A stretch of 63,440 nucleotides of DNA, the filler included. It is 10 parts of 10 records of this genome, joined end to end, with 100 filler letters (N's around TTAATTAATTAA, not from the genome) between each part and the next. Parts side by side here need not be neighbours in the genome. Positions count along the whole stretch, not along the records: positions 30,240 to 36,819 come from SRR20825010_5756; positions 36,920 to 43,773 come from SRR20825010_5761; positions 43,874 to 47,529 come from SRR20825010_5764; 7 more parts are not named here. The stretch is one strand, 5' to 3'. A program made the position numbers and the translations under genes. The notes beneath the pieces were generated by a model. It was not told the origin of the DNA, did not search any database, and worked only from the letters and a program-made list of their open reading frames with translations. Of this stretch, positions 34,880-44,615 are shown piece after piece; position 1 is the stretch's first letter, and every line of letters starts with the position of its first letter.

Positions 34880-36115
34880 ATGGCTAATCCTGTCAGCGAT
34901 CAACTCGCAAGTCTTGAGGGCCACAGCGTCGGCCTCGAAGGGCAGTACACGCACGATCACGGCGCAGACGAAGTGCGCTCGATCGATCTGCAGCGCGCCA
35001 GTCAGGGCGGCCTCACCGCTCTCTCCTCCGATTTTCTTGGCTTTACCTGGACGACAACGATCAACTATTCGTTCGACGCGTCGTCCATGGGATACAGCAG
35101 CCTGAATACCACCTATCAGGCACAGTTCGAAGCTGCGATGGCGACATGGACGAACGTTGCCGATATCACGTTCGTCGAAACCGATACAGCCTCGGCGGAC
35201 TGGGTGATCGCCTGGGAGCCATCTTCGGATGGCACCGGCGGCGTTCTTGGAACCGCCTATTATTCGGATGTCGGATCCGACGGCCAGATGGTGTCAGGGA
35301 CGGACACCGTCACCATTTTTATGGACAGAGCGGACACGGAATATTTTTTCACAACCGCGATCCACGAAGCCGGTCACGGGCTGGGGCTCGACCACATCAA
35401 TCACACGTCCTCGATCATGTCGTCCTACCTCGACACCTCGCTCTCGACCATCACCGCCTACGATATCGAAGTCATCCAGTCATTGTACGGCGTGACAGGA
35501 TCGGCAATCAGCACGGCGATCATCGGCACATCCGACGCGGACAGCCTGTTCGGCACATCGGCGGCGGATGTCATCAGCGGCAATAGCGGCAGCGATCTGA
35601 TCTCTGGCGGCGCCGGCGACGATCTGATGTACGGCAACAAGAACACGGACTACCTCGTCGGCGGCTCGGGTGCCGACACCATTTACGGTGGCCAGAACGA
35701 CGGTCCCGAAAGTGGCACTCCTCTCGCCTTGCGCGAGGGGGTGGATACTATTTTCGGTGGCGACGGGGACGATATTCTCTATGGAAATCATGGTAACGAC
35801 CTGATCTTCGGTGACAGCGGCGCGGATACGATCTTCGGCGGCCAGAATGCGGACACGATCTCCGGCGGCGCGGGATATGACGATCTCTACGGCAATCTGG
35901 GGGCCGATAAATTCCTCTATTCCGCAAGCAATGAAGGCTGGGATTACATCTACGGCTACGCATCGGAAGACGCGATCCAGCTTTCTGGTGGCGTCACTGC
36001 GACAAGCATTTACGTGGACAGCTACGGGGATACCGTAATCAATCTCAGCAGCGGCACCCGCATTGATCTGATCGGATATTCCGACTCCAGCAGCGTCAGT
36101 TTCGAGGTCGTTTGA
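34880..36115 (+). CDS. Metzincin (M10/matrixin-like) metalloprotease with C-terminal RTX calcium-binding repeats
   Basis: HEAGHGLGLDH zinc motif, SSIMS Met-turn, multiple GGxGxDxLx nonapeptides, no Sec signal. Confidence 0.85.
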   Translation: MANPVSDQLASLEGHSVGLEGQYTHDHGADEVRSIDLQRASQGGLTALSSDFLGFTWTTTINYSFDASSMGYSSLNTTYQAQFEAAMATWTNVADITFVETDTASADWVIAWEPSSDGTGGVLGTAYYSDVGSDGQMVSGTDTVTIFMDRADTEYFFTTAIHEAGHGLGLDHINHTSSIMSSYLDTSLSTITAYDIEVIQSLYGVTGSAISTAIIGTSDADSLFGTSAADVISGNSGSDLISGGAGDDLMYGNKNTDYLVGGSGADTIYGGQNDGPESGTPLALREGVDTIFGGDGDDILYGNHGNDLIFGDSGADTIFGGQNADTISGGAGYDDLYGNLGADKFLYSASNEGWDYIYGYASEDAIQLSGGVTATSIYVDSYGDTVINLSSGTRIDLIGYSDSSSVSFEVV

Positions 36116-36213
36116 CCTGTCAGTGAGCCGTTTTCGTGCATTTTTCCTTTGCGGGCCGCCCTCGCGCGCGTTAGGAGATGCCGCGCGCGCAATTCCGAAA
36201 AGATTGATCACTC

Positions 36214-36819
36214 ATGCATCGCTATCGCAGCCATACCTGTCACGATCTCCGCATCGATCATGTCGGTGAAACGGTCCGCCTGTCCGGCTGGATCCACCGC
36301 CGCCGCGATCACGGCCAGCTGGTCTTCATCGACCTGCGCGACCATTACGGTCTGACCCAATGCGTCGTCGATATCGAGGACGAGACTTTCAAGACGGTCG
36401 AGAAGCTGCGTGTCGAGAGCGTGGTGACGATCACCGGCCGCGTGGTCAAGCGCACCGACGAGACGATCAACGACAGACTGCCGACCGGCCATATCGAGCT
36501 CCGGATCGACGAGATCGAGGTCCAGTCCATCGCCGACGTGCTGCCGCTGCAGGTCAATGCGGACGAGGATGCCGGCGAGGATACCCGCCTGCGCTACCGT
36601 TTCCTGGACCTGCGCCGCGAGCGTATCCACAACAACATCATGCTGCGCAGCAAGGTGATCTCCTCGATCCGCCGCCGCATGACCGAGCAGAATTTCATGG
36701 AGTTCCAGACTCCGATCCTGACCGCTTCCTCGCCGGAAGGCGCGCGCGACTTCCTGGTGCCGTCGCGCCAGCATCCGGGCAAGTTCTACGCCCTGCCGCA
36801 GGCGCCGCAGCAGTTCAAG
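36214..36819 (+). CDS. aspS: Aspartate-tRNA ligase, 3' truncated
   Basis: [56 protein letters not shown]. Confidence 0.96.
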
Positions 36820-36919
36820 NNNNNNNNNNNNNNNNNNNNNNNNNNNNNNNNNNNNNNNNNNNNTTAATTAATTAANNNNNNNNNNNNNNNNNNNNNNNNN
36901 NNNNNNNNNNNNNNNNNNN
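36820..36919. other. Artificial contig spacer
   Basis: 44 N + TTAATTAATTAA + 44 N. Confidence 0.98.
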
Positions 36920-37788
36920 CCCATGTTGTGCAGGTGGCCCATATCGGTGACGCTGCCGGGATCGCCTCTGGTACCACCCGGCCCGCCAACGATCCGGTTA
37001 GCCTGTCCATCGCCGACACCGCCGCGCAAGTCATCGCCGCCAGCGGGCTGCTGCAAGAGGGGGTTTCCTTTCAGACCGGGGCTGGTGGGGCGTCTTTGGC
37101 CACGGCGGCGGCGGTGGGTCGGGAAATGGCGGCGCGCGGAGTGACGGGCAGTTTCTGTTCCGGCGGCATCACCGGCTTTCACGTCCAGATGCTGAACGAC
37201 GGGCTGTTTCGTGGGCTTCTAGATGTGCAGTGCTTCGATCTGGAGGCCGTGCGATCCTACCGCGACGATCCCCGGCATCAAAGCATGTCCGCCGCCGCCT
37301 ATGCCGGTCCACATGTGGGGGGCGCGGTGGTGGACCGCGTGGATGCTGTGGTGCTGGGCGCGGCTGAGGTGGACCTGAATTTCAACGTCAACGTGACCAC
37401 GCGGGCGGGGGGCATCATCATCGGCGGGTCGGGCGGCCATGCGGATACCGCCGCCGGGTCCAAATTGGCCGTTGTCACCACCCGCCTGACCGCCGCCGGG
37501 TTTGCCAAGTTGGTTCCGCAGGTCGGCACACTGACCACGCCGGGCGCGACCATCGACGTAGTGGTGACAGAGGCCGGGCTGGCCGTGAACCCGGCGCGCA
37601 CGGATCTGGCCGAGCGCCTGATCAGCGCGGGGCTGCGCGTTCGGGACATGGCGGATCTTGTGGCCGAGGCGGCCCGTGCCGCGACCCGCCCCACGCCGCC
37701 GCGCGCACTGGGGCGCATCGTGGCCGTTTGCGAATACCGGGATGGTAGCGTGACCGACGTTGTCCGCGCCGCCCCCTCTGAAACGTGA
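36920..37788 (+). CDS. citF: Citrate lyase alpha subunit (citrate CoA-transferase), 5' truncated
   Basis: SFQTGAGGASLA, GGIT, LLDVQCFD, EVDLNFNVNV, GSGGH.DTAAG, TTPG..IDVVVTE, EYRDGSV.DVV. Confidence 0.9.
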
Positions 37789-37926
37789 CCGCTGCGGGTC
37801 ACTCGGCACTGGAACTCGGCGTTGAATTCGCGACAATCAATCGGGACGGATCAATTACAGACCCCCGCACAGGCCGGACTTGGACCGGGCCAAGGCGCGG
37901 CGTGCAACAGGGAAAGAGGATTCAGG

Positions 37927-39129
37927 ATGACCAATCACATCCAACGCAGCTGGCTGGGCGGTTTTATGGCCTTGTCACTGATGGTGCCGATGACAGGCAT
38001 GGCGCAGGAGACTCCTCTGGCGGTCGACACGATGCGATTGCAGGCGCAAAGGATGGTGACCACCGATACCTTCTTTGGCACAGTTCAGGCGACCGCCATG
38101 GTCGGCCTGTCCTACGAGGCGCGCGGCTGTGTTGTCGAAGTGTCCGAACAGGCCAAGCGTGACCGCGTCGCCACAGCCGGACAGGTGTTGGTGCGGCTGG
38201 ATGGCAAGCGGTCCCTGCTGGCGCTGCGCACCGCCGAATCGCGATTGGCAGAGTTGGGGGCCCAGATCGAAGAGCGCGAACTGGACATCGTCTCTGCCGC
38301 TGCCGACGACAAGCGCCGGCAGCAGGAACTGGACCTGACCACCGCCGAATACGAACGCAACAGCACCATGCTGGGGCGCGGTCTGATCAATGAAACCACA
38401 ATGGAAGGCGTCGAGCGCCGCTTCATGGAGGCGCGTTTTGCCGCCGACCGGGCGCAAGAGGCCATCGCCACCGCCCGGGCCGCCAAGCGCCGCGCCCAGA
38501 TCGCGCTGGAAATTGGTGAACTGGAGCTGCAAACTGCGCAGTTGAGCCATGACATGTTGGTGCTGACCGCGCCGATCGACGGTGTTCTGGTGGGGTTTGA
38601 GACCAATGTCGGCGATTGTGTGCAAGAGGGGGAGCGCGCCGCGCAGATCTATGCGCCCAGCCAGAAATCGGTCGATGTTTTCATCCTGATCCGCCGCCTG
38701 TCCGCCAGCGGTCCGAACGGCATCGCCGAAGGGTCCGAAGTGCGCATCACCCGCGTCAACGACCAGACCTGCGGCGGCACGATCACCCGTTTCGACACTG
38801 AGGCCGATCTGGAAAACCAGTTCGTCAAGGCAACGATCGAGGTCGACGAAACCTGCGCGCCAGGCCTGTTCCTGAACGAGGCGGTCGAGGTAGAGGCGAT
38901 GATGGGTGCGGGCGAAGACACCTTTGAGATTCCCACCTCTGCTCTGACCGGCGGCGACACTGTCTATCTGGTGAATGAGGACGGTCTGGTGCTGGAAGAG
39001 GTGGCCGCCGAGATCCTGCAATCCGGACTGAGCCAGACCATCGCGCGCATTCCCGCGGCCTCTGGACGGCTGTTGGTCAGCGATGCCCGGACCGGGCTGG
39101 CGGCGGGTCAAACCGTTTCGCTGGAGTGA
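37927..39129 (+). CDS. Efflux periplasmic adaptor (membrane fusion protein, HlyD/AcrA-like)
   Basis: Signal peptide, lipoyl half-motifs (V..GQVLVRLD; LTAPIDG.L...VGD.V..G) around a long helical hairpin, IP.SAL; start set at ATG 37927. Confidence 0.8.
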   Translation: MTNHIQRSWLGGFMALSLMVPMTGMAQETPLAVDTMRLQAQRMVTTDTFFGTVQATAMVGLSYEARGCVVEVSEQAKRDRVATAGQVLVRLDGKRSLLALRTAESRLAELGAQIEERELDIVSAAADDKRRQQELDLTTAEYERNSTMLGRGLINETTMEGVERRFMEARFAADRAQEAIATARAAKRRAQIALEIGELELQTAQLSHDMLVLTAPIDGVLVGFETNVGDCVQEGERAAQIYAPSQKSVDVFILIRRLSASGPNGIAEGSEVRITRVNDQTCGGTITRFDTEADLENQFVKATIEVDETCAPGLFLNEAVEVEAMMGAGEDTFEIPTSALTGGDTVYLVNEDGLVLEEVAAEILQSGLSQTIARIPAASGRLLVSDARTGLAAGQTVSLE

Positions 39130-39176
39130 ATTTGCGGGCGGGCGGTCAATCGATCACGCCGCCCGCGCCAAACCTG

Positions 39177-41408
39177 TCAGGTCAGGTCAACGCCGCGTGT
39201 GGCGGCGAACAAAAAGGACTCCAGATCCTCTGTGTTGATCGGTTTGGTCATCAGGCCAACCTGAGCCGCATCACACAACAGGTGCAGTTCGTTTGACCGG
39301 TTCGCCGACATGAGTCGCGCCGGAAGCTGGGCATCACGCGCGCGCAACTGGCGCACCAACGACAGTCCGTCCTGTTTGCCATCCCCAAGATTGTAGTCGA
39401 CCAATAGCGCGTCGGGCAGGATGCCAAGATCGTTCAGCAACGCATCCGCCTCTTCGGCGTTAGAGGCGTCCAGAACGCTGCCGCCCCAGCGTTCGATCAA
39501 CAGGCTCAGCGCGCGGCGCAATTCATTGTCGTTTTCGACCAGCAGGACTATCAATCCGGTGTCGCGCAGCCGCTGGCGGGCGGCGGGGCTTCTCTTGAGG
39601 ATGGGCACCTCTTCAGGGCCGTTCACCCGCTGTGCGCTGAAAAAGAACCGGGTGCCCTGCCCGACAGTAGACTGCACCCCCAAGGGGTGCCGCAACTGGT
39701 CACAGGCGCGTTCCACGATGGCAAGGCCCAACCCCAGCCCCTCGTTCACACTGCTGTTACGATCCAGCCGCTCAAACTCGCGAAAGATCCGTTCCTGATC
39801 GGCCTCAGCAATGCCGGGCCCGGTGTCCCAGACCTCAAACCGCAAAGAGCTGCCCTGTCGCCGTGTGCCCACCAGAACGCGGCCCGTCGTGGTGTACCGG
39901 ATGGCGTTGGCGATCAGGTTTTGCAGGATGCGACGCAGGAAACCGGGGTCGCTGGCCACGCTGCCGGTGGTCGGAACAACCCGCAGATCCAACCCCTTGA
40001 GCGCGGCCATCGGTGCAAATTCATCGCGCAGGGCGGTCAGCAATTGCCGCACGGATACCGCCGTGATGTCCAGGCTTTCCGCGCCTGAATCCAGCTTTGA
40101 GATATCCAGCAACGCGTCGATGATGTTTTCGACGCTGCCCAACGCGCTCAGCGCCTTTTCGGCGGCCTGTACCGTCTCGCCACTCTCGCCGCTTTCAGAA
40201 ACGGCAGCGACATACAGCTTGGCCGCCGACAGCGGCTGCAACAGGTCATGGCTGGCGGCGGCCACAAACCGCGACTTTGACGAATTTGCCCGTTCTGCTG
40301 TGACAAGCGCATCTTCCAGTTCCAGCGTGCGCTCCATCACCCGCCGTTCCAGCAGTTCGTTTGCCTCGGCCAGCGCCCGCGTGGCCTGCCGTTCCACCGA
40401 CACGTCGGTAAAGGAAATCACAAAGCCCCGGTCGGGCATTTCCTGGGCAAAGACGTCCAGCGTGGTGTCTGGCTCTGCGCGGATCTCAAACCGCAATGGA
40501 CGGCGATCCCGGTCCTGATGTGCCCAGTCGCGCAGACCTCGAGAGCTTACCACATCAGAAACAAATCGCGGCTCCAGAAGATCCACCAGTCGGTCAAAAT
40601 CGACCCCCAACCGCAGCGATACGACTGGTACTGTCAGCATCTCTCCGATGCGGTCGTTCCACCCCACCAGCCGCGCGTTTGCATCAAAGATACACACCCC
40701 CTGATTGAGGTGATCCAGTGTCGCCCGCAGCATGCGTGCCTGACTGTCCAGCAGCTTGCCGCGCTCTTGCCGTTCCAGTCGCATGATGTCGGTCACGTCG
40801 GTCTGCAAGACCACAGTGCCGCCATCGGGCGTGCGATGTTCGCTGACCTGCAACCAGCGGTCCCAGATCAGGCTGACGTTGAAAATGGCGTGCAGATCCT
40901 TATGCCGCTTGAGCCGCTGTTCGGCCCATTGCGCGGGCGTCACGAGATTGGGCAGTTGCAAGAACCGGCTTTCGCTGATCGCCGTCACATAGTCGTCGAA
41001 CGGCAATCCCTCTGACAGGCATGGCTGGACATCGTGCAACGGCAGGGTGAACCGGCTGTTCCACATCACCAAACGGTCATTGCTGTCAAACAGGCCAAAG
41101 CCTTCCTGAACCGCTTCGATCGCATTGGCCAGGTTTTTGCGCGCGTGTTCCGCCTCATGTTTGGCGCGGGCCAGCGCGGCGTTGGACTGGTTCAGCAGAT
41201 CCAGAGTGTATTCCAGATCGCGGGTGCGCTGACGGACCTGATCCTCCAGCATTGCGGCGCGCTCGAACTGGGCATAGGCCGCGCCAGTCTGGTCGGTGTC
41301 CTGCTCAACCCGACGCATCAGCGCCTCACTGATGCGCAGCAGCTTTTCGTTTTGCCGTTCGACCGGGTCTGTCGGGTCGATCAGGTAGTGGGTCATTTCT
41401 GTTGTCAC
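39177..41408 (-). CDS. PAS-domain hybrid sensor histidine kinase (NahK/ErcS-like)
   Basis: Two PAS-like domains, H-box SRFVAAASHDLLQPL, N-box QNLIANAIRY, DTGPGI, GLGLGLAIV, C-terminal receiver; no TM helices. Confidence 0.92.
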   Translation of the reverse strand: MTTEMTHYLIDPTDPVERQNEKLLRISEALMRRVEQDTDQTGAAYAQFERAAMLEDQVRQRTRDLEYTLDLLNQSNAALARAKHEAEHARKNLANAIEAVQEGFGLFDSNDRLVMWNSRFTLPLHDVQPCLSEGLPFDDYVTAISESRFLQLPNLVTPAQWAEQRLKRHKDLHAIFNVSLIWDRWLQVSEHRTPDGGTVVLQTDVTDIMRLERQERGKLLDSQARMLRATLDHLNQGVCIFDANARLVGWNDRIGEMLTVPVVSLRLGVDFDRLVDLLEPRFVSDVVSSRGLRDWAHQDRDRRPLRFEIRAEPDTTLDVFAQEMPDRGFVISFTDVSVERQATRALAEANELLERRVMERTLELEDALVTAERANSSKSRFVAAASHDLLQPLSAAKLYVAAVSESGESGETVQAAEKALSALGSVENIIDALLDISKLDSGAESLDITAVSVRQLLTALRDEFAPMAALKGLDLRVVPTTGSVASDPGFLRRILQNLIANAIRYTTTGRVLVGTRRQGSSLRFEVWDTGPGIAEADQERIFREFERLDRNSSVNEGLGLGLAIVERACDQLRHPLGVQSTVGQGTRFFFSAQRVNGPEEVPILKRSPAARQRLRDTGLIVLLVENDNELRRALSLLIERWGGSVLDASNAEEADALLNDLGILPDALLVDYNLGDGKQDGLSLVRQLRARDAQLPARLMSANRSNELHLLCDAAQVGLMTKPINTEDLESFLFAATRGVDLT

Positions 41409-42592
41409 GGGTCCTCGGGTGCGTAAAAGGCGACACCGGTCATGGTCTGGTTGACGTGCATGCCGTTGATCTGTTCCCCGTAGGTGGAAAACCCGGTCAC
41501 CTTGTGCCGCGCCAGCACCTCGTCCAGCGGGCGCTTGAGCTGTCTTTTCTCTGCCTCGATGCGGCGCAGGATGCAGTCACAGGCAAGGATCGCTGCCGGT
41601 GGGGTATCACTGGCCAGAGCGGCAAGCTGTTGGTCGAGGTGCTCGACAATATGCGCCGCCTCGGCCAACGTCAGCACCAGTCCCTCGTCGATGGCGGAAA
41701 AGAATTCCAGCGCGCCATCGTCTGTCACCCGCTTAATGGCGCGGACGTGGTGGCTCCCGCCCAGTCGCACGACCATCGGGTTGTCGGCAAAGGTAAAGGT
41801 GTCGATCTGGTGCGTGTCTTTGCCCAACAAGCGGCCCAATTCCCGCGCGGCGGGTTCTGCGTTGATCTCATAGACCAGCCGACGTGACGGATCGGCCCGT
41901 GTCACCACCATGCGCAAATCGGTCGGTGTGAAATGGTTGACGCTGAACACCCGCAGGCGGCAGCGGCTGCGCACCACGGCCATCACTGCTGCCCTTTCGT
42001 AGCAAACGCCGTCGAGCGCCACAAAGGTATGTTCAAACCGGACACCGTCGCCCGCCGATCCGCCAAACAATTGCGTCGGGCCCAGCCCTGCGGCCAGCGA
42101 AGAGGCCAGCCGATCCTCTTGCATCGACAGCCCGTCGACCATGAGAAAGGCGAACTCGTGCTCCATGTCCGCCGCCCGTTGGGACAGGGCGGCCCGGGCG
42201 CGGATCGTCTGCTGGGTCAGGTCATCGCCGGACAGTTCATCCAGATTGCCGAACAGCAGCACCTCGGCCTCAAAGAAATCTTCTGGCAGCGCGATGGCCA
42301 ACACGGAATCCTCAGCATAGCCGCTACCCATGGCGATTTCGCCTGCGGTAGTACAGGCCATAACCGGGGCCGCGCCGAACCGGGTCTGTGCCTCGGCCAG
42401 CAGCCGTTCAAAAGGCGCTGCCGGGCTGCAAAAGATCATCACCAGCGAAAATGGCCCTGTGCCAAGGCCCTTGTCCAACTGGTCAATCAGGTCCGGAGCA
42501 TCGCAATCGACGCAAGCAGTCCGCAGAATGGCGTCACTGTCGACACCTCCCGCGGACGGAGAGGGTGGTCCGTCCATCGGGTCTCCTCCCAT
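41405..42592 (-). CDS. FIST-domain sensory protein (NosP/GfdT-like)
   Basis: CTTAGEI, VDGLS, LFGGSAGDG, VYEINAEPAA, CDCILRR, GFSTYGEQ...H.NQTMTG. Confidence 0.88.
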   Translation of the reverse strand: MGGDPMDGPPSPSAGGVDSDAILRTACVDCDAPDLIDQLDKGLGTGPFSLVMIFCSPAAPFERLLAEAQTRFGAAPVMACTTAGEIAMGSGYAEDSVLAIALPEDFFEAEVLLFGNLDELSGDDLTQQTIRARAALSQRAADMEHEFAFLMVDGLSMQEDRLASSLAAGLGPTQLFGGSAGDGVRFEHTFVALDGVCYERAAVMAVVRSRCRLRVFSVNHFTPTDLRMVVTRADPSRRLVYEINAEPAARELGRLLGKDTHQIDTFTFADNPMVVRLGGSHHVRAIKRVTDDGALEFFSAIDEGLVLTLAEAAHIVEHLDQQLAALASDTPPAAILACDCILRRIEAEKRQLKRPLDEVLARHKVTGFSTYGEQINGMHVNQTMTGVAFYAPEDP

Positions 42593-42616
42593 GTGGTCTG
42601 TAGATTTTCGAACAGA

Positions 42617-43315
42617 CTACGGAGTGTCCGGGCCCCTTGGCAAGAGGTTCGAAAAACTGGCCTCGCCCGCGATCAGCACCGCCTGAGTGCGGCTCTGGAC
42701 CCCCAGCTTGCGCATGATGGCGGTGACATGCGCCTTGACCGTGGTTTCGGCGATCGACAGGTCATAGGCGATCTGCTTGTTCAGCTTGCCCTCGCAGATC
42801 AATTGCAGGATGCGCGCCTGTTGGTTGGTCAGCGTCGACAGCCGCGCCACCGCGTCCTCTCCGGCGTCCGCTGACTGCCCGGCATCGGCCACGTCAACAA
42901 ATCCCTCTGGCAGGAACACCTCATCCCGCACCAGCGCGTCAAAGGCCTGTCGAAAGACGCCGCGCTGGCTGTGTTTGGGGACAAAGCCGTTGGCCCCGGC
43001 CCGCATGACAGAGCTGACCATGCGGTTGTCCGCCATGGAGGACACCACCACCAGCGGCGTCGTTCCGGCCGCAGTCCTGAGACGGATCAACCCGTCCAAC
43101 CCGTTCACATCGGGCAGGTTCAGGTCCAGCACGATCACATCCGGTGCAGCGCCTTCGGCCAGCGCGTCCAATGCGTCCGACAACAAGCTGGCGGTTTCAA
43201 TGTCTTCGATCCCGGCCACGGTCTTCAACGTCATTGCCAGCGCGTCGCAAAACAGCGGGTGGTCGTCGACGATCAGCGCAGAGGCGAAATGCCGCTGAGG
43301 CTCAATCTGTGCCAT
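42617..43315 (-). CDS. NarL/LuxR-family response regulator
   Basis: LIVDDHPLF, LDLNLPD, GFVPK, C-terminal G.LNKQIAYDL.IAETTVKAHV; start set at ATG 43315 after GAGGAG. Confidence 0.92.
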   Translation of the reverse strand: MAQIEPQRHFASALIVDDHPLFCDALAMTLKTVAGIEDIETASLLSDALDALAEGAAPDVIVLDLNLPDVNGLDGLIRLRTAAGTTPLVVVSSMADNRMVSSVMRAGANGFVPKHSQRGVFRQAFDALVRDEVFLPEGFVDVADAGQSADAGEDAVARLSTLTNQQARILQLICEGKLNKQIAYDLSIAETTVKAHVTAIMRKLGVQSRTQAVLIAGEASFSNLLPRGPDTP

Positions 43316-43614
43316 CACTGTGCTCCTCATCAACCCATCCTTTGTTGGTATACCATTCGATCCTAGCAAAGCACCACAAACCGCGAACCTGTCCTAAGGT
43401 CTTAGAGCATTCAGCCCGGCAGATGCCCGGCCAAATACCGCTGTGACGCGGGCAAACCCGTCCGCGTTGTAACCAGCGACCCTTGACGGGGCTCAAATCA
43501 ATTGAGAACAGTTCAGGCTGTGTGTTCTGCGCCACGGGCACCAAAGCGGTGTCCAGTCGGCGCGCAGCGTCTGCCTGCAAGAGGTCAGCCCCTGTTTTCC
43601 TTTCGGAGTGTTCC

Positions 43615-43773
43615 ATGAAATTTCGCTTTCCGATCGTCATCATTGATGAGGACTTTCGTTCTGACAACTCCTCGGGGCTGGGTATCCGCGCGGTCGCGCA
43701 GGCCATAGAGGCCGAAGGCTTTGAGGTGCTGGGTACAACCAGCTACGGCGACCTGTCGCAATTCGCCCAGCAG
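43615..43773 (+). CDS. Orn/Lys/Arg decarboxylase, N-terminal wing domain fragment, 3' truncated
   Basis: MKFRFPIVIIDEDFRSDNSSGLGIRA...AIE.EGFEVLG.TSYGDL..FAQQ is the characteristic start of this family. Confidence 0.8.
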
Positions 43774-43873
43774 NNNNNNNNNNNNNNNNNNNNNNNNNNN
43801 NNNNNNNNNNNNNNNNNTTAATTAATTAANNNNNNNNNNNNNNNNNNNNNNNNNNNNNNNNNNNNNNNNNNNN
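43774..43873. other. Artificial contig spacer
   Basis: 44 N + TTAATTAATTAA + 44 N. Confidence 0.98.
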
Positions 43874-44457
43874 GCCTTCTGCCATGAGAAGGTGGTGACA
43901 TCGAGCTTGGACCAAGGCAGGTCCTGCGCGAAAGCGGCAGACGTTGCATCGCAGATCGTCAGGCCTTCACGGTCGGCTGCAATCCAGTCGCCATTGGGCA
44001 CGCGCACGCCGGAGGTCGTGCCGTTCCATGTGAAGACGACGTCATTTTTGAAATTGACGGTGGAAAGATCGGGCAGCTTGCCGTAACCGGCTTCGAGCTT
44101 GCGCACATCTTTCAGTTTCAGCTGTTTGACGACATCGCCAACCCAGCCCGAACCGAAGCTTTCCCATGCGAGCATATCGACGCCGCGCGCACCGAGCAGC
44201 GACCAGAGCGCCATTTCGACTGCACCTGTGTCGGAGGCGGGTACAATGCCGATACGGTAGTCAGCGGGAATGCCGAGAACAGCGCGGGTCTTGTCGATGG
44301 ACAGAGCCAGACGCGACTTGCCCGGCTTGGAGCGATGGCTCCGGCCGAGAACAGCTTCTTCGAGATTTTTGAGGGTCCAGCCCGGGCGCTTGGCGCAGGG
44401 ACCAGAAGAAAAGCACGGATTGGCCGGACGTGTGCCGGGACGCGTTGCAGCAGTCAT
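43874..44457 (-). CDS. serC: Phosphoserine aminotransferase (alphaproteobacterial type), 3' truncated
   Basis: [51 protein letters not shown] (PLP lysine). Confidence 0.95.
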
Positions 44458-44510
44458 GTGATCTATCCTTCCAGATAGGAGCCTCCCGGTGGGGGGAGGT
44501 GGCCCGACGC
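44455..44510 (-). ncRNA. serC leader cis-regulatory RNA motif
   Basis: Minus strand ...GGCCA-CCUCCC-cccacc-GGGAGG-CUC-CUAUC-uggaag-GAUAG-AUCAC-AUG: two hairpins, the second covering the Shine-Dalgarno, directly before serC as described for the alphaproteobacterial serC element. Confidence 0.75.
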
Positions 44511-44615
44511 GGGATATATGCCTCATGCGCGAGCCTGTCAAATGACGTTTTGAAGCAGTGAAAATGCGGGAAGAAACCCACCTCCCCACAAGAGGAAGGC
44601 TGGGTTTTCCAATCC

